DNA of 63,993 nt, filler included, from Octopus bimaculoides (GCF_001194135.2; 6 parts of 5 records of this genome joined end to end with filler, not necessarily neighbours in it); one strand, 5' to 3'. Positions 37,071 to 49,665 are shown, counted from the first letter of the whole stretch. The notes: generated from the letters alone by a model not told the origin. Translations and numbers: made by a program.

Positions 37071-37350
37071 NGCTCACGATCGTGAGTTCAATTCCTGGTG
37101 ACGCGTTGTGTCCTTAAACAAGACACTTTATTTCACATTGCCCCAGTCGACTCAGCTGGCAAAAATAAGCAGTACCTGTATTTCAAAGGACCAGCCGTGT
37201 CCCACTCTGTGTCACGCTGAATCTCCCTGAGAACTACGTTAAAGGTACACGTATCTGTGGAGTGCTCAGCCATTTGCACGTTAATTTCGCAAGCAAGCCG
37301 TTCCATTGATCGTATCAGCTGGGACCACCCTCGTCGTCGTAACTGATGGA
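37071..37350 (+). mobile_element. SINE family C
   Basis: gagttcaattcc, gcgttgtgtcctt, gcacgttaatttc, ccctcgtcgtcgtaactgatggagtgc; collinear with 1655-1950. Confidence 0.85.
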
Positions 37351-39395
37351 GTGCTCCTTTTATATACATACGAATAATAATTTGTACTCTTGTTTATAAA
37401 AAGTATTAAAAAACCGCATTATTTATGGGATTACCCTATATATATATATCAAATGGATGTCTTATAAAAGTATTCTGCACATACAATAACAGCCATACCA
37501 ATAATCCAACATCCCTCCATCATTAGCTACCCCACGGATATCACTATGGTTTCGACACCTGGGCAGTACCATTCAAACCGGCGGTTTCAACAGCACTAAA
37601 ATAAATGTTGTTTGGGAACAAACACACCTTAGATATCACCACACTCATTCAATCTTAATTCTAGGAAGGATTAAACACTAACATTATTATTAAACTACAA
37701 CAAAGAAACACATTTACCCTATGTACAAAAACAATATCGGTAAATTAATTCCATAAGTAAACCTATCACTAACCCCTAAGTTATCTAACTAAATAGCAAT
37801 CTAGCCCTTGAAGTCCATGCAGATAATATTCCTACGAGTTTTCCATAGTTATTAATATAAAAGTGAAAACTTTTATATTCTATTCTTTCCAAAACAAAAT
37901 AAACTCGATTGAACTTAACTAATAATATAACTCATTCTGAGTGAATTACACTATTTCATGACCCCAAAGTTAATAATTAAAACACTCCATACATGTTAAA
38001 TATTCGTTATTCTTACATGCGCTAATGTTAAACTTATACCAGTAATTTAATAGATAATACTAAAATATCCTTATTAAATCATATATATAGTTTTAGGGAA
38101 AAGAACCAAGGTTCATGAACTCATCGATGAAAATCTACTGTCACATATAGAAAAATTAATAAGTATTATCATTATCTAATATTTACTTTGTATTATATTA
38201 TACTCGTTTATTGTGCTTTTAATTATTAATTTTTCTATATGTGNNNNNNNNNNNNNNNNNNNNNNNNNNNNNNNNNNNNNNNNNNNNNNNNNNNNNNNNN
38301 NNNNNNNNNNNNNNNNNNNNNNNNNNNNNNNNNNNNNNNNNNNNNNNNNNNNNNNNNNNNNNNNNNNNNNNNNNNNNNNNNNNNNNNNNNNNNNNNNNNN
38401 NNNNNNNNNNNNNNNNNNNNNNNNNNNNNNNNNNNNNNNNNNNNNNNNNNNNNNNNNNNNNNNNNNNNNNNNNNNNNNNNNNNNNNNNNNNNNNNNNNNN
38501 NNNNNNNNNNNNNNNNNNNNNNNNNNNNNNNNNNNNNNNNNNNNNNNNNNCTGTCGGAAAAAAAAGACTACTCAATACCATAGTAGAGATTAATGATATA
38601 TTTTAGTTTGGTCTAGTCAATCACTTGCTACTCTGAGTTTCGTCTGTGAGTGCGCATAGCTTCAGACTAGTTGAAATAAAATACCACTAAAATAGTGGAT
38701 CGATGCAATCGATTACACTCTCTTCAAATTGCTGGCCTTGTGTCAGAGTTGGAAAAACTATTAACGAAGATGAAAAGGGATTAAAAATTATAAAAATAAA
38801 AAAAAAATGAGACAATAATATATCTAGACTTTTATTAAATGAATTTGCCATAAGGGTGATGCAAACAAAGCTCAATGTTAGACTCGGCCCTATATTAATT
38901 TCTTTCTCTTCTATTGTCATGGTTACAATGTCACCTGGCTTACAGATGATCAGACTCACTTCCCACTGCATTCCTCCATTCAGCTACGATTTATTGGAAT
39001 TTCAGATTCGTCTCCCCTGTTATTTTTGACCAGAATTAATCAGTAATAGTCTTTTTTTTCTTCACTACTGATCCAATTTTAATTGTGTAAAATGTTTTGT
39101 TTTTGGTTTCGCTACATTTAGTATGTTATAGTACCATCTTGACTATTTGATTTAAATACAGAACGCGTCTTTCTGCAGTTAATTCAAATACATATATGAT
39201 GAATTCAAATGTACTGTTGTAAAAAAAAAAAATACATTGATTTTCATGAACAAGAACTACCAATTATTAGAGAAGAATTCAGAGAAATATCGGCGAATGA
39301 TGAGTAATATGTTTTTTCAATGAGAAATATATTTTCTGTGAGCGTTATGGAAGCGATGATTTCCTAAAGAGAAAATCAATAAAACTAGAAAAAAG

Positions 39396-39473
<78 letters not shown>

Positions 39474-39995
39474 CACACACACATGCATGCATACATGCAT
39501 ACATATACAAACACACAAGCACAAACTTCACTATATATGTTCGAAAGGTGGTCGGAAATTATGAGATTTGAGGGGATAACTTGATGAACAATGATAAGAA
39601 CTGGGAGTAAAATGATTGGAGGCCTCCTTTACTTCTTGGTTTCGAAAGAAGATAAGCGAATAAAAAAACAATAAAACGGTAAAGATACAGAAAGAAGTAA
39701 AAAAAGAAAAAACAAAAACAAAGCAAAACAAAAAAAAGAGTGAGTAAAGAATAAGAAGAGTTATTGCTATTAATAACGTAAGAATATTAGGATTAATTTG
39801 TTCTACACCTGTCGAAAAATGGTCAAAAATGTGTTAGTGATCAGAATTGGTTGAGCGATAAAGGTGAGGGTTACACTGACAGGGAAAAATAAGTAAAAAG
39901 TGAATAAAAGATATATATGATGAGACACAAAGAGGTGAATTATATTTGTACAGATGCATAATGTTTTCGTTGTTTCTTCAAGTTATGTCTGTCTG

Positions 39996-40068
<73 letters not shown>

Positions 40069-41065
40069 NNNNNNNNNNNNNNNNNNNNNNNNNNNNNNNN
40101 NNNNNNNNNNNNNNNNNNNNNNNNNNNNNNNNNNNNNNNNNNNNNNNNNNNNNNNNNNNNNNNNNNNNNNNNNNNNNNNNNNNNNNNNNNNNNNNNNNNN
40201 NNNNNNNNNNNNNNNNNNNNNNNNNNNNNNNNNNNNNNNNNNNNNNNNNNNNNNNNNNNNNNNNNNNNNNNNNNNNNNNNNNNNNNNNNNNNNNNNNNNN
40301 NNNNNNNNNNNNNNNNNNNNNNNNNNNNNNNNNNNNNNNNNNNNNNNNNNNNNNNNNNNNNNNNNNNNNNNNNNNNNNNNNNNNNNNNNNNNNNNNNNNN
40401 NNNNNNNNNNNNNNNNNNNNNNNNNNNNNNNNNNNNNNNNNNNNNNNNNNNNNNNNNNNNNNNNNNNNNNNNNNNNNNNNNNNNNNNNNNNNNNNNNNNN
40501 NNNNNNNNNNNNNNNNNNNNNNNNNNNNNNNNNNNNNNNNNNNNNNNNNNNNNNNNNNNNNNNNNNNNNNNNNNNNNNNNNNNNNNNNNNNNNNNNNNNN
40601 NNNNNNNNNNNNNNNNNNNNNNNNNNNNNNNNNNNNNNNNNNNNNNNNNNNNNNNNNNNNNNNNNNNNNNNNNNNNNNNNNNNNNNNNNNNNNNNNNNNN
40701 NNNNNNNNNNNNNNNNNNNNNNNNNNNNNNNNNNNNNNNNNNNNNNNNNNNNNNNNNNNNNNNNNNNNNNNNNNNNNNNNNNNNNNNNNNNNNNNNNNNN
40801 NNNNNNNNNNNNNNNNNNNNNNNNNNNNNNNNNNNNNNNNNNNNNNNNNNNNNNNNNNNNNNNNNNNNNNNNNNNNNNNNNNNNNNNNNNNNNNNNNNNN
40901 NNNNNNNNNNNNNNNNNNNNNNNNNNNNNNATGATAATTACAACAAAAATCGAAACGCGTGTACAACTTTTAACTCTTTTTCTGTTCGCACACATTGTAA
41001 CACATAGTGTTGGTTAAAAAACCTATAGATATATTCTACAGTAGCATATAGCAATGTGTATGTAT

Positions 41066-41098
<33 letters not shown>

Positions 41099-41341
41099 CT
41101 TGCAAATGGACGCGTCGCGTTCGATAATATAATAATACAAATTATATATATATATATATGGTGGTTGTCTACTCCTTAAACAGAGCTTGAGCACCTCCTG
41201 CACCTACACCTTAGCCCTTTCATGGCGTCTGATGTCGCTTTNNNNNNNNNNNNNNNNNNNNNNNNNNNNNNNNNNNNNNNNNNNNNNNNNNNNNNNNNNN
41301 NNNNNNNNNNNNNNNNNNNNNNNNNNNNNNNNNNNNNNNNN

Positions 41342-41377
41342 CTTTCTGTTGAAGAGCGTAGGCTCGAAACGTAAAAG
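41342..41377 (+). ncRNA. Minimal hammerhead-like fold with non-canonical CUGUUGA core
   Basis: CUUU / CUGUUGA-A / GAGC-GUAG-GCUC / GAAAC-GUA / AAAG. Confidence 0.65.
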
Positions 41378-41550
41378 ACTTTTCCATTTTTTCCGAGTGT
41401 CAAACTGATACACTTCATTGCTTTTCATACACCTGCCTTCGTCTTTTGTTTTTCTATAAATTACAGCTATATATATATATATAGATAGATAGATAGGTAG
41501 ATATCTACCAACGGTGCAAACTACATGAATTACGTAAACAACGAGAGAAA

Positions 41551-41717
41551 AGAAAATGGAAAATGGGACAAGTAAATACAGAGAAAGGGCCCTTCATCTG
41601 TTGTCGGCAGTCTTTCTACTCCTCATTTCGATCTGCTAGAAATGAGGAGTAGATAGACAGCCGACAATTGATGAAGAGCTCTTTCTCTGTGCTTACTTGT
41701 CCCATTTTCCATTTTCT
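41551..41717. repeat. Inverted repeat, ~80-bp arms, 9-nt loop
   Basis: agaaaatggaaaatgggacaagtaa...ctactcctcatttc pairs with gaaatgaggagtag...ttacttgtcccattttccattttct. Confidence 0.92.
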
Positions 41718-41920
41718 ACAAATTTATAGTGTCTAAGACCCAACCACGTTAGTTAGAGACCGTGTCCTTAATGTGACCTTGCGTACCCGGACGCTGCATG
41801 CAGAATTGTTTTCGTTTGAGAGTTGAGTTATCCTCACAACGACCGCACGCTTTTTACGCGAAGAAGTGCACGATTGAACCACGACTATTGATTGCAAACC
41901 GAAATATCTCATGACAGTTT

Positions 41921-41961
<41 letters not shown>

Positions 41962-42440
41962 GTNNNNNNNNNNNNNNNNNNNNNNNNNNNNNNNNNNNNN
42001 NNNNNNNNNNNNNNNNNNNNNNNNNNNNNNNNNNNNNNNNNNNNNNNNNNNNNNNNNNNNNNNNNNNNNNNNNNNNNNNNNNNNNNNNNNNNNNNNNNNN
42101 NNNNNNNNNNNNNNNNNNNNNNNNNNNNNNNNNNNNNNNNNNNNNNNNNNNNNNNNNNNNNNNNNNNNNNNNNNNNNNNNNNNNNNNNNNNNNNNNNNNN
42201 NNNNNNNNNNNNNNNNNNNNNNNNNNNNNNNNNNNNNNNNNNNNNNNNNNNNNNNNNNNNNNNNNNNNNNNNNNNNNNNNNNNNNNNNNNNNNNNNNNNN
42301 NNNNNNNNNNNNNNNNNNNNNNNNNNNNNNNNNNNNNNNNNNNNNNNNNNNNNNNNNNNNNNNNNNNNNNNNNNNNNNNNNNNNNNNNNNNNNNNNNNNN
42401 NNNNNNNNNNNNNNNNNNNNNNNNNNNNNNNNNNNNNNNN

Positions 42441-42479
<39 letters not shown>

Positions 42480-42484
42480 CCTGC

Positions 42485-42525
<41 letters not shown>

Positions 42526-42826
42526 GTACTAGATTCTACAGAAATTCGCTCTCGTAGAGAATGCTACATATAGACATATAAGCGTTAATTATTGAGATAG
42601 AGAATTGGTTAAAATACTTCTCGTTTTCAAAAAAATCTCGAATTATTTGCTCCGTGGAAATATTCGAGATTTATTTGAGAAAACAAGATTTTTAATTGCT
42701 ATCTTAATCTATCAATTAAGATCATTTAAAACCATTACCTGAGAAATCGGTTTTTAAGTTGAAGCATGGTATTGTAATTTAACCAAAGCATACATACTTC
42801 TGCTTTAGAATAACTCTTTCTTATAT

Positions 42827-43215
42827 AGGCGTAACACCAAAAATTTTTTGGGGAGGCGACTAGTCGATTACATCGATCTCACCACCTGACTGGTATTTAT
42901 TTTAAAGATCCGGTCGATGAAAGCTAAAGTTGACTTTAGCGGTATTTGAAGTCAGTACGTAAAAAGAGAAGTGCCGTTAAGCATTTTGTTCGGCGTTCTA
43001 ACGATTCTACCAGTTTACCGCTTTAAAATTTTTTCCTACTTTTAAATTCTTTCACGAGGCCTGACATTTGGGGGAAGGTTTAGTCGATTATATCGAACCT
43101 CAGTGCTCAACTAGTACTCTTTTTTATCGATTTCGAGAGGATGAAAGGCCAATTCGACCTCAGCCGCTAGCATTTTGTCCGATGCAGTAAATTAATTCTA
43201 CCAGGTCACCGCCCT
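42827..43215 (-). mobile_element. Two adjacent diverged SINE family A copies (42827-43023 and 43057-43215)
   Basis: Both show gtcgatta.atcga, gatgaaag, gcatttt, ctaccag..accgc in reverse orientation to the family consensus. Confidence 0.75.
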
Positions 43216-43399
43216 TTTCAACTTTAAAATAATAATTAGAATCTACATTTTCGTACTGAGTTCTTTCTCGAAGAACCATAACAACTTCTTAGGTTCTTCG
43301 TTTACTTTTTTGTCGATTTAAAATAAGGGATCAGATTTAGAAAATTCTTGCGCGCAATTTTTTTCATTCTTTCTTCTAAAATCTCTTATGCGACTAACT

Positions 43400-43542
43400 A
43401 AGAAGCTTGTTTCGTTGCAACGAAGTTTCGGGTTCAGTCCCACTGCGCGGTACTTGGGCAAGTGTCTTCTACAATAGCTCCTGTCCAACCAGGGCCTTTG
43501 TGAGTGAATTTAATAGACGAGAAACTCTGTGAAAGCCCGTCG

Positions 43543-43545
<3 letters not shown>
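43400..43545 (+). mobile_element. SINE family B head plus centre
   Basis: gggttcagtcccactgcgcggtacttgggcaagtgtcttctac...tgtgagtgaattt..gaaagcccgtcg. Confidence 0.8.
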
Positions 43546-43578
<33 letters not shown>

Positions 43579-44790
43579 ACAACCGAAGGTCGTTTGTCCC
43601 TTTTGACCAGAGAGAAGATCAAAAAGGGACAAACAATCCTCACTTAAACATTCCTAAATATTATATCGCCTGAAGAAATAAATCCACGAAGATGATCTAT
43701 CCGATGCCCACGGATACTACGGACTACACTGCAATGACCTCAGGAATGCGAACTGTGATCTTAAGAGACATGTGATTCATAGAAACGCGCATAGCAATGC
43801 ATCAAAGTATTTATTTATAAATTCCATCCAAGGATTATTGTTATTATTACAATATTTATCCTTCCTCATATCGCTACAACACGATGCGACCCTCCCAAAA
43901 CTAGTTCACCAGTCAGCATCATTNNNNNNNNNNNNNNNNNNNNNNNNNNNNNNNNNNNNNNNNNNNNNNNNNNNNNNNNNNNNNNNNNNNNNNNNNNNNN
44001 NNNNNNNNNNNNNNNNNNNNNNNNNNNNNNNNNNNNNNNNNNNNNNNNNNNNNNNNNNNNNNNNNNNNNNNNNNNNNNNNNNNNNNNNNNNNNNNNNNNN
44101 NNNNNNNNNNNNNNNNNNNNNNNNNNNNNNNNNNNNNNNNNNNNNNNNNNNNNNNNNNNNNNNNNNNNNNNNNNNNNNNNNNNNNNNNNNNNNNNNNNNN
44201 NNNNNNNNNNNNNNNNNNNNNNNNNNNNNNNNNNNNNNNNNNNNNNNNNNNNNNNNNNNNNNNNNNNNNNNNNNNNNNNNNNNNNNNNNNNNNNNNNNNN
44301 NNNNNNNNNNNNNNNNNNNNNNNNNNNNNNNNNNNNNNNNNNNNNNNNNNNNNNNNNNNNNNNNNNNNNNNNNNNNNNNNNNNNNNNNNNNNNNNNNNNN
44401 NNNNNNNNNNNNNNNNNNNNNNNNNNNNNNNNNNNNNNNNNNNNNNNNNNNNNNNNNNNNNNNNNNNNNNNNNNNNNNNNNNNNNNNNNNNNNNNNNNNN
44501 NNNNNNNNNNNNNNNNNNNNNNNNNNNNNNNNNNNNNNNNNNNNNNNNNNNNNNNNNNNNNNNNNNNNNNNNNNNNNNNNNNNNNNNNNNNNNNNNNNNN
44601 NNNNNNNNNNNNNNNNNNNNNNNNNNNNNNNNNNNNNNNNNNNNNNNNNNNNNNNNNNNNNNNNNNNNNNNNNNNNNNNNNNNNNNNNNNNNNNNNNNNN
44701 NNNNNNNNNNNNNNNNNNNNNNNNNNNNNNNNNNNNNNNNNNNNNNNNNNNNNNNNNNNNNNNNNNNNNNNNNNNNNNNNTATATATATG

Positions 44791-44821
<31 letters not shown>

Positions 44822-45234
44822 ATATGTATGTATGTATAGCAGGATAATAATCTAATTCTACACTTTAATCACATTCAAGAATATAAACACGTTTTTAAGC
44901 ACAGCACACACGCAGTCAAAAAGAAACACTACCTCTCAGCCGGCGCTGTCGTTCACGCAGTACTCTCCTTCCCTTGTGTGAAGCTTCCTATCTCGGACAT
45001 GTGAGCCAAACACCGCGTCGCTGGAAATGCGCACAGTTCCATACAAGGATTTTTGTATTTTTTTCATAAACTAAGGGATGGCTACTGACGTTAAGCTTAA
45101 GGATTATATAATGTACAAGTATAAAGAAAGAATTAAAGAAAAGAGGACTCATTATATTGAATGCTATCGATAATATCGCGTGGAAATAGGGGGTGCTGCA
45201 GTTCCACAGTTCCTATACACGAGCCGCCACTGCC

Positions 45235-45372
45235 TAGTACTTATTTTATCGATCCCGAGAGGATAAAAGGCAAACTCGATCTTGGCGCCATTTGAATGCA
45301 GAACGTAAAGCTGAAGGAAGTGCCGCTAAAGATTTTGTCCGGCGCATTAGCTATTCAGTCAGCTCGTCGCCT
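45235..45372 (-). mobile_element. SINE family A fragment
   Basis: gtacttattttatcgatcccgagaggataaaaggcaaa...cagctcgtcgcctt. Confidence 0.8.
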
Positions 45373-45715
45373 TACTTGCCCCAATAATTACTGTCACTGA
45401 AAAGTAACAGAAACCTCTTTGAGAGGGGTTTACTAGGGGCATATATAGTAAGGTGGAATGCGAAAATACGTGCAAGGAGCAATATAGGACAAAGACGCGT
45501 ATAAATGTAGACAGTAGACAGATAATCAGTGATGATAAAGAACTAAATAGGGAATCAGTGTTATGAATTCATGGCTGAATGAATTTAGCAAATAGGAAGG
45601 TTAGTCTTCAAATATATTACAAAAATAAAATGTGACATATATGTAAGTTACATTGTGACACATCTGGAGGATGTGCATACAGTTACACATTAACAAACAA
45701 ACATACATACATACA

Positions 45716-45748
<33 letters not shown>

Positions 45749-45910
45749 TCATACACATACATACATACATACATACATACACACATACATACATACGTAC
45801 ATACATACATACGTACATACATACATACGTACATACCTAACAATCTATTCATCTATCTACATTGTGAGTTAAGAAGTTTGTTTCCCAGCCACATGGTTTC
45901 GGTTTCAGTC

Positions 45911-45962
<52 letters not shown>

Positions 45963-46123
45963 ATGCATTAATAATAATAATATGACAACAAAAGAATGAA
46001 TGAGTCCTCTATATAATATCGAGGTATATATAAGTATACATATATATGTGTGCGTGTGCGCGTGCGCATGTATATATATATATATATATATAATATATAT
46101 ATGTATATATATACATGCACACA

Positions 46124-46175
<52 letters not shown>

Positions 46176-46759
46176 AACAATATATGAGTNNNNNNNNNNA
46201 CACACACACACACACACATATATATATAAACAATATATGAGTATATACATATATATGTACATGTATGTACATACCTTCATCTACATGTACATATAGATAC
46301 ATATCTGGGTACATGACGTTGCAAAAAAACATGGACAAAATGATAAACGATGTACAAAAAACAAGCAGGCCACATAGAGAATATATCCTTCATCAGCTGT
46401 CACAAATGGCTCTTCCCACGAACACAAATTAAATTTGTTCCATGGAGGATAGTTGCGGACGGAAAACAAGACAGGAAAACGAAACGGTGAAATAAACAAA
46501 CAAAAAGGCTGTACAGCCAGACGTGGAGAAGTGTGTGTATATTGAACGCTGTGAAGCACGAACTGGAGAGGCGAAGAAGTGCGTGCGAAGCTTAGGGAGT
46601 CCAAGACCGAAAAGAAATGGCAACTGGACACATGTGACCAGCGATGAGTTAGTTAAAATATATATACACATGAAATTTATGTTAGTTTGTCACATATTTC
46701 AACTTTTAAAGGCAAATTCATTGTAGTTACAGGGGAGAAAAAAATCCTCGATGGTAAAA

Positions 46760-48552
46760 GGTGTATAAACACCATAAAACACCGATTTTTACACCTTTTA
46801 CTATTACACTGCAACCAAATCCATATATGATCCGTCCACGGATACGATCTTCAGACGGCAACACTCTCTACAAGGAAAAGACCCAGATCCGCAACATATG
46901 GGCAGAACACTTCAACTCCTTGTTGGACAAGATAAATCCTACAGACACCATACTAATTGATGAGCTCCCTGATCTCCCTCCACTCCTTTAGCTGGATACG
47001 GAACCCTCCCTCATGGAAGTCCGCACACCTCTCTTCTACTTAAGAAAACAGGAAATCACCTGGGTCAGATGGTGTGTCGGGGGAGATCTATAAACATGGT
47101 GGTCCTGCTCTTGTCCAGCGTCTTCATGAGATTATCCTCTACGGTTGGAAAAGTGTCTTGATCCCTGAACGCTGGAAACACGCAGACATAATCACCATCT
47201 TCAAGAAGAAGGGAGATCGCTCAGACTGCAACAACAGCAGAGGTATTTCACTCCTGGATGTTGCAGGCAAGGTCTTGGGACGCGTCCTGCTCTCTCGACT
47301 TCTTGGCCACTTCATTGAGGGAATCCTCCCAGAGTCTCAATGCGGTTTTGGAGCTAACCGTAGCAGTATCGACATGGTCTTCGTCTCTCGCCTCCTGTTA
47401 GAGAAGTGCCGAGAACAACAGCGTGATGCCTCATTTGCCTTTATTGACCTAACTAAGGCTTTTGATACTATTAGCCGCCACTACTATGGAATGTCCTGCA
47501 GAGGTATGGATGCCCCACTAAGCTTCTTGCCATGCTACGCCAGTTCCATGACGGCATGCAAGCACGTATGACATTGGGTGGTGATCAGTCTGACTACTTC
47601 AACGTTCAAGTGTTAAACAAGGCTGTGTCCTGGCCCCTATCCTCTTCAATGTGTTCCTTGTGGCTGTGACCTTACTATCTCGCTACGACCTCAACCCCGA
47701 AGATGGCATCCCAATTCGATATCGCCCCGATGGCAGTCTCTTCAACTTGAAGAGACTAAAATCACTAGCAAAAATTCAGTCCACCACTCTCTTCGAATTA
47801 CAGTATGCCGATGACTGCGAAGCTCTCGCCCACGAACCAACCAGCCTCCAGCAGAACCTAGACGTTATGTGCAGCGCCTATCGTCGGGTTGGACTCCAGG
47901 TCAACACCAAGAAAACAAAGATCCTTCAATGCTCTAAAAAGGGTTCACCCCCGTGACTCTTTCGATCTAAGACAACCAGTTAAAGAACACCGAGAAATTC
48001 ACCTATTTGGGTAGCATCATCTAAAGCAATGGAGTCATTGACCGCGAAATTCAGAAACGTATCCACCAGGCCTCCTCCGCTTTTGGACGTCTCAAGGATA
48101 GGGTCTTCCTTAATCGTGATCTGAATCTCTCCACGAAAATCGAGGTTTATCGTTCTGTTGTAGATTTCCACGCTTCTGTATACCTCAGAAGCCTGGACAC
48201 TTTATCGTCGTCATGTCAAACTCCTCGAATCCTTTCATATCCGCTGTCTCCTGCGCATTCTTCATCTGACCTGGAAGGACAAGATCCCTCACACAGAGAT
48301 CCTGTGACGTGCGAAATTGACCAGCATCGAATGCATGATCCTCGAACGTCAACTGCGCTGGGTGGGGCATGTTATCAGGATGCCGGAAAACCGTATACCC
48401 AAGATTGTCCTTTTTGGGGAGTTAGCAGAGGGTAACCGACCGCACGGAGGTCCAAAGAAGCAATATAAAGATCATCTCAAGAAATCCCTGAAGCTCTGCA
48501 ACATCCCCACTGGTGAACTTGAAACACTGGTTACAGACCGTACTACCTGGAT
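46760..48552 (+). mobile_element. RTE-clade (BovB-like) LINE, 5'-truncated, reverse transcriptase remnant
   Basis: WAEHF..LL, SPG.DG..GEIYK.GG, IITIFKKKGDRSDCNN.RGISLL, LPESQCGF, FIDLTKAFD, VKQGCVLAP, ELQYADD, GL.VN.KKT, RQLRWVGHV.RM..RIPK..LFGEL; many frameshifts. Confidence 0.97.
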
Positions 48553-49269
48553 ATGCACACACATACGGCAGGTTTCTTTCTGTTTCAGTCTAGCAAATCT
48601 GCTAACAAGGCTTTGTTCAGTCCGGAGATATCGAAGAGACCCAAGGTGTCACCCAACCGGTTACANNNNNNNNNNAATGCCACATCGGTCACATCTTTTT
48701 TAGATTTCCATCTTAAATTGAGCGTCAACCTAACACATTTACAGTGTACGTCCTTTTGAATTTTGCTGTTATTGTTTGTATTTTCGCATTTATTTTTGAT
48801 TTGCCTATATCTGCATATATACATACATGCATACATATGTGTGTGAGTGTGTCTGTATATGTGCATGTGTGTGTGTGAATGTGTGTATATGTGTGTGTGT
48901 GAATCACTCAAATAACACGAGTAAGATATATTGTATCACAGAAAACTCAGTTAAATAAATAAATAATATATGGAATTAGACAAATGGAGAACGTGACTGA
49001 AAAAGCGTAGAAATGCAAAGCAAAAAAAAAACAACAATTAAAGAAGTGTGTAATGAAAATAAATACACCAAAAGAAAAAGCATAAGTGAAGCTAACTTTT
49101 CGGGTAATAACTTTATCAAAGACAAGAAGAATAATTAAAGGAGCAAGAGAAAGCGAGGGAAAAACGATACTGAATTTGAGATATCTGTTTACATGGCAGT
49201 CATAAGGCAATATATAAAGCTGTGTCAGGTTCACGTTACTCAAAGTTTCTTGGAGGAACGACGTTGCAT

Positions 49270-49525
49270 GCAGTTGATCTTTCATGCGACTTTAAATCGT
49301 TGACACTCAGCTTTAGAAAGGAGTCCACGGGCACACAATTCACACTTCCAGTTTTTTATGACGACATCAAGGTTCTGTGACAACCCTTCTAAACACAATG
49401 CTTTAACCTTCCGTGCTTAAGGCGACCCTCTTCAAAACTTTTACAACCATCCCGAATACGTTTCCTCCATTCATCTCTTTCAAAAGCTAGCTCTTTCGAG
49501 TTCTTTGCATCGATTCGCAATTCCT
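49270..49525 (-). mobile_element. 3' end of another RTE LINE with C-terminal C2H2-like finger
   Basis: KELRIDAKN.KELAFERDEWRKRIRDGCKSFEE and WKCELCARGLLSKA..LKSH-like in shifted frames. Confidence 0.65.
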
Positions 49526-49630
49526 TTATGTTTCAGAAGAATAAAATACAGTCGGTAGCACATGATAGATCGCTGACCACTACATTTATTTTTTTTCTCC
49601 TTGTTTCTCTCCTTATTTATTTCTGTGTTC

Positions 49631-49665
49631 CTTTCAGTTGAAGAGCGTAGCTCGAAACGTCAAAG
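49631..49665 (+). ncRNA. Second copy of the GUUGA-core hammerhead-like family
   Basis: CUUU / CAGUUGA-A / GAGC-GUA-GCUC / GAAAC-GUC / AAAG; ~90 nt of downstream similarity to 41378-41465. Confidence 0.6.

Noticed and set aside
46130-46230. Apparent tandem duplication across a 10-N gap (also 51666-51763)
   Set aside because: Identical sequence on both sides of a fixed-size gap indicates unmerged overlapping contigs.
46311-46400. Minus-strand CUGAUGA-AGGA...GCAAC-GUC in a dispersed repeat
   Set aside because: GCAA for GAAA, a 10-nt unpaired gap after helix II and a mismatch closing helix I; kept only as a pointer for consensus analysis.
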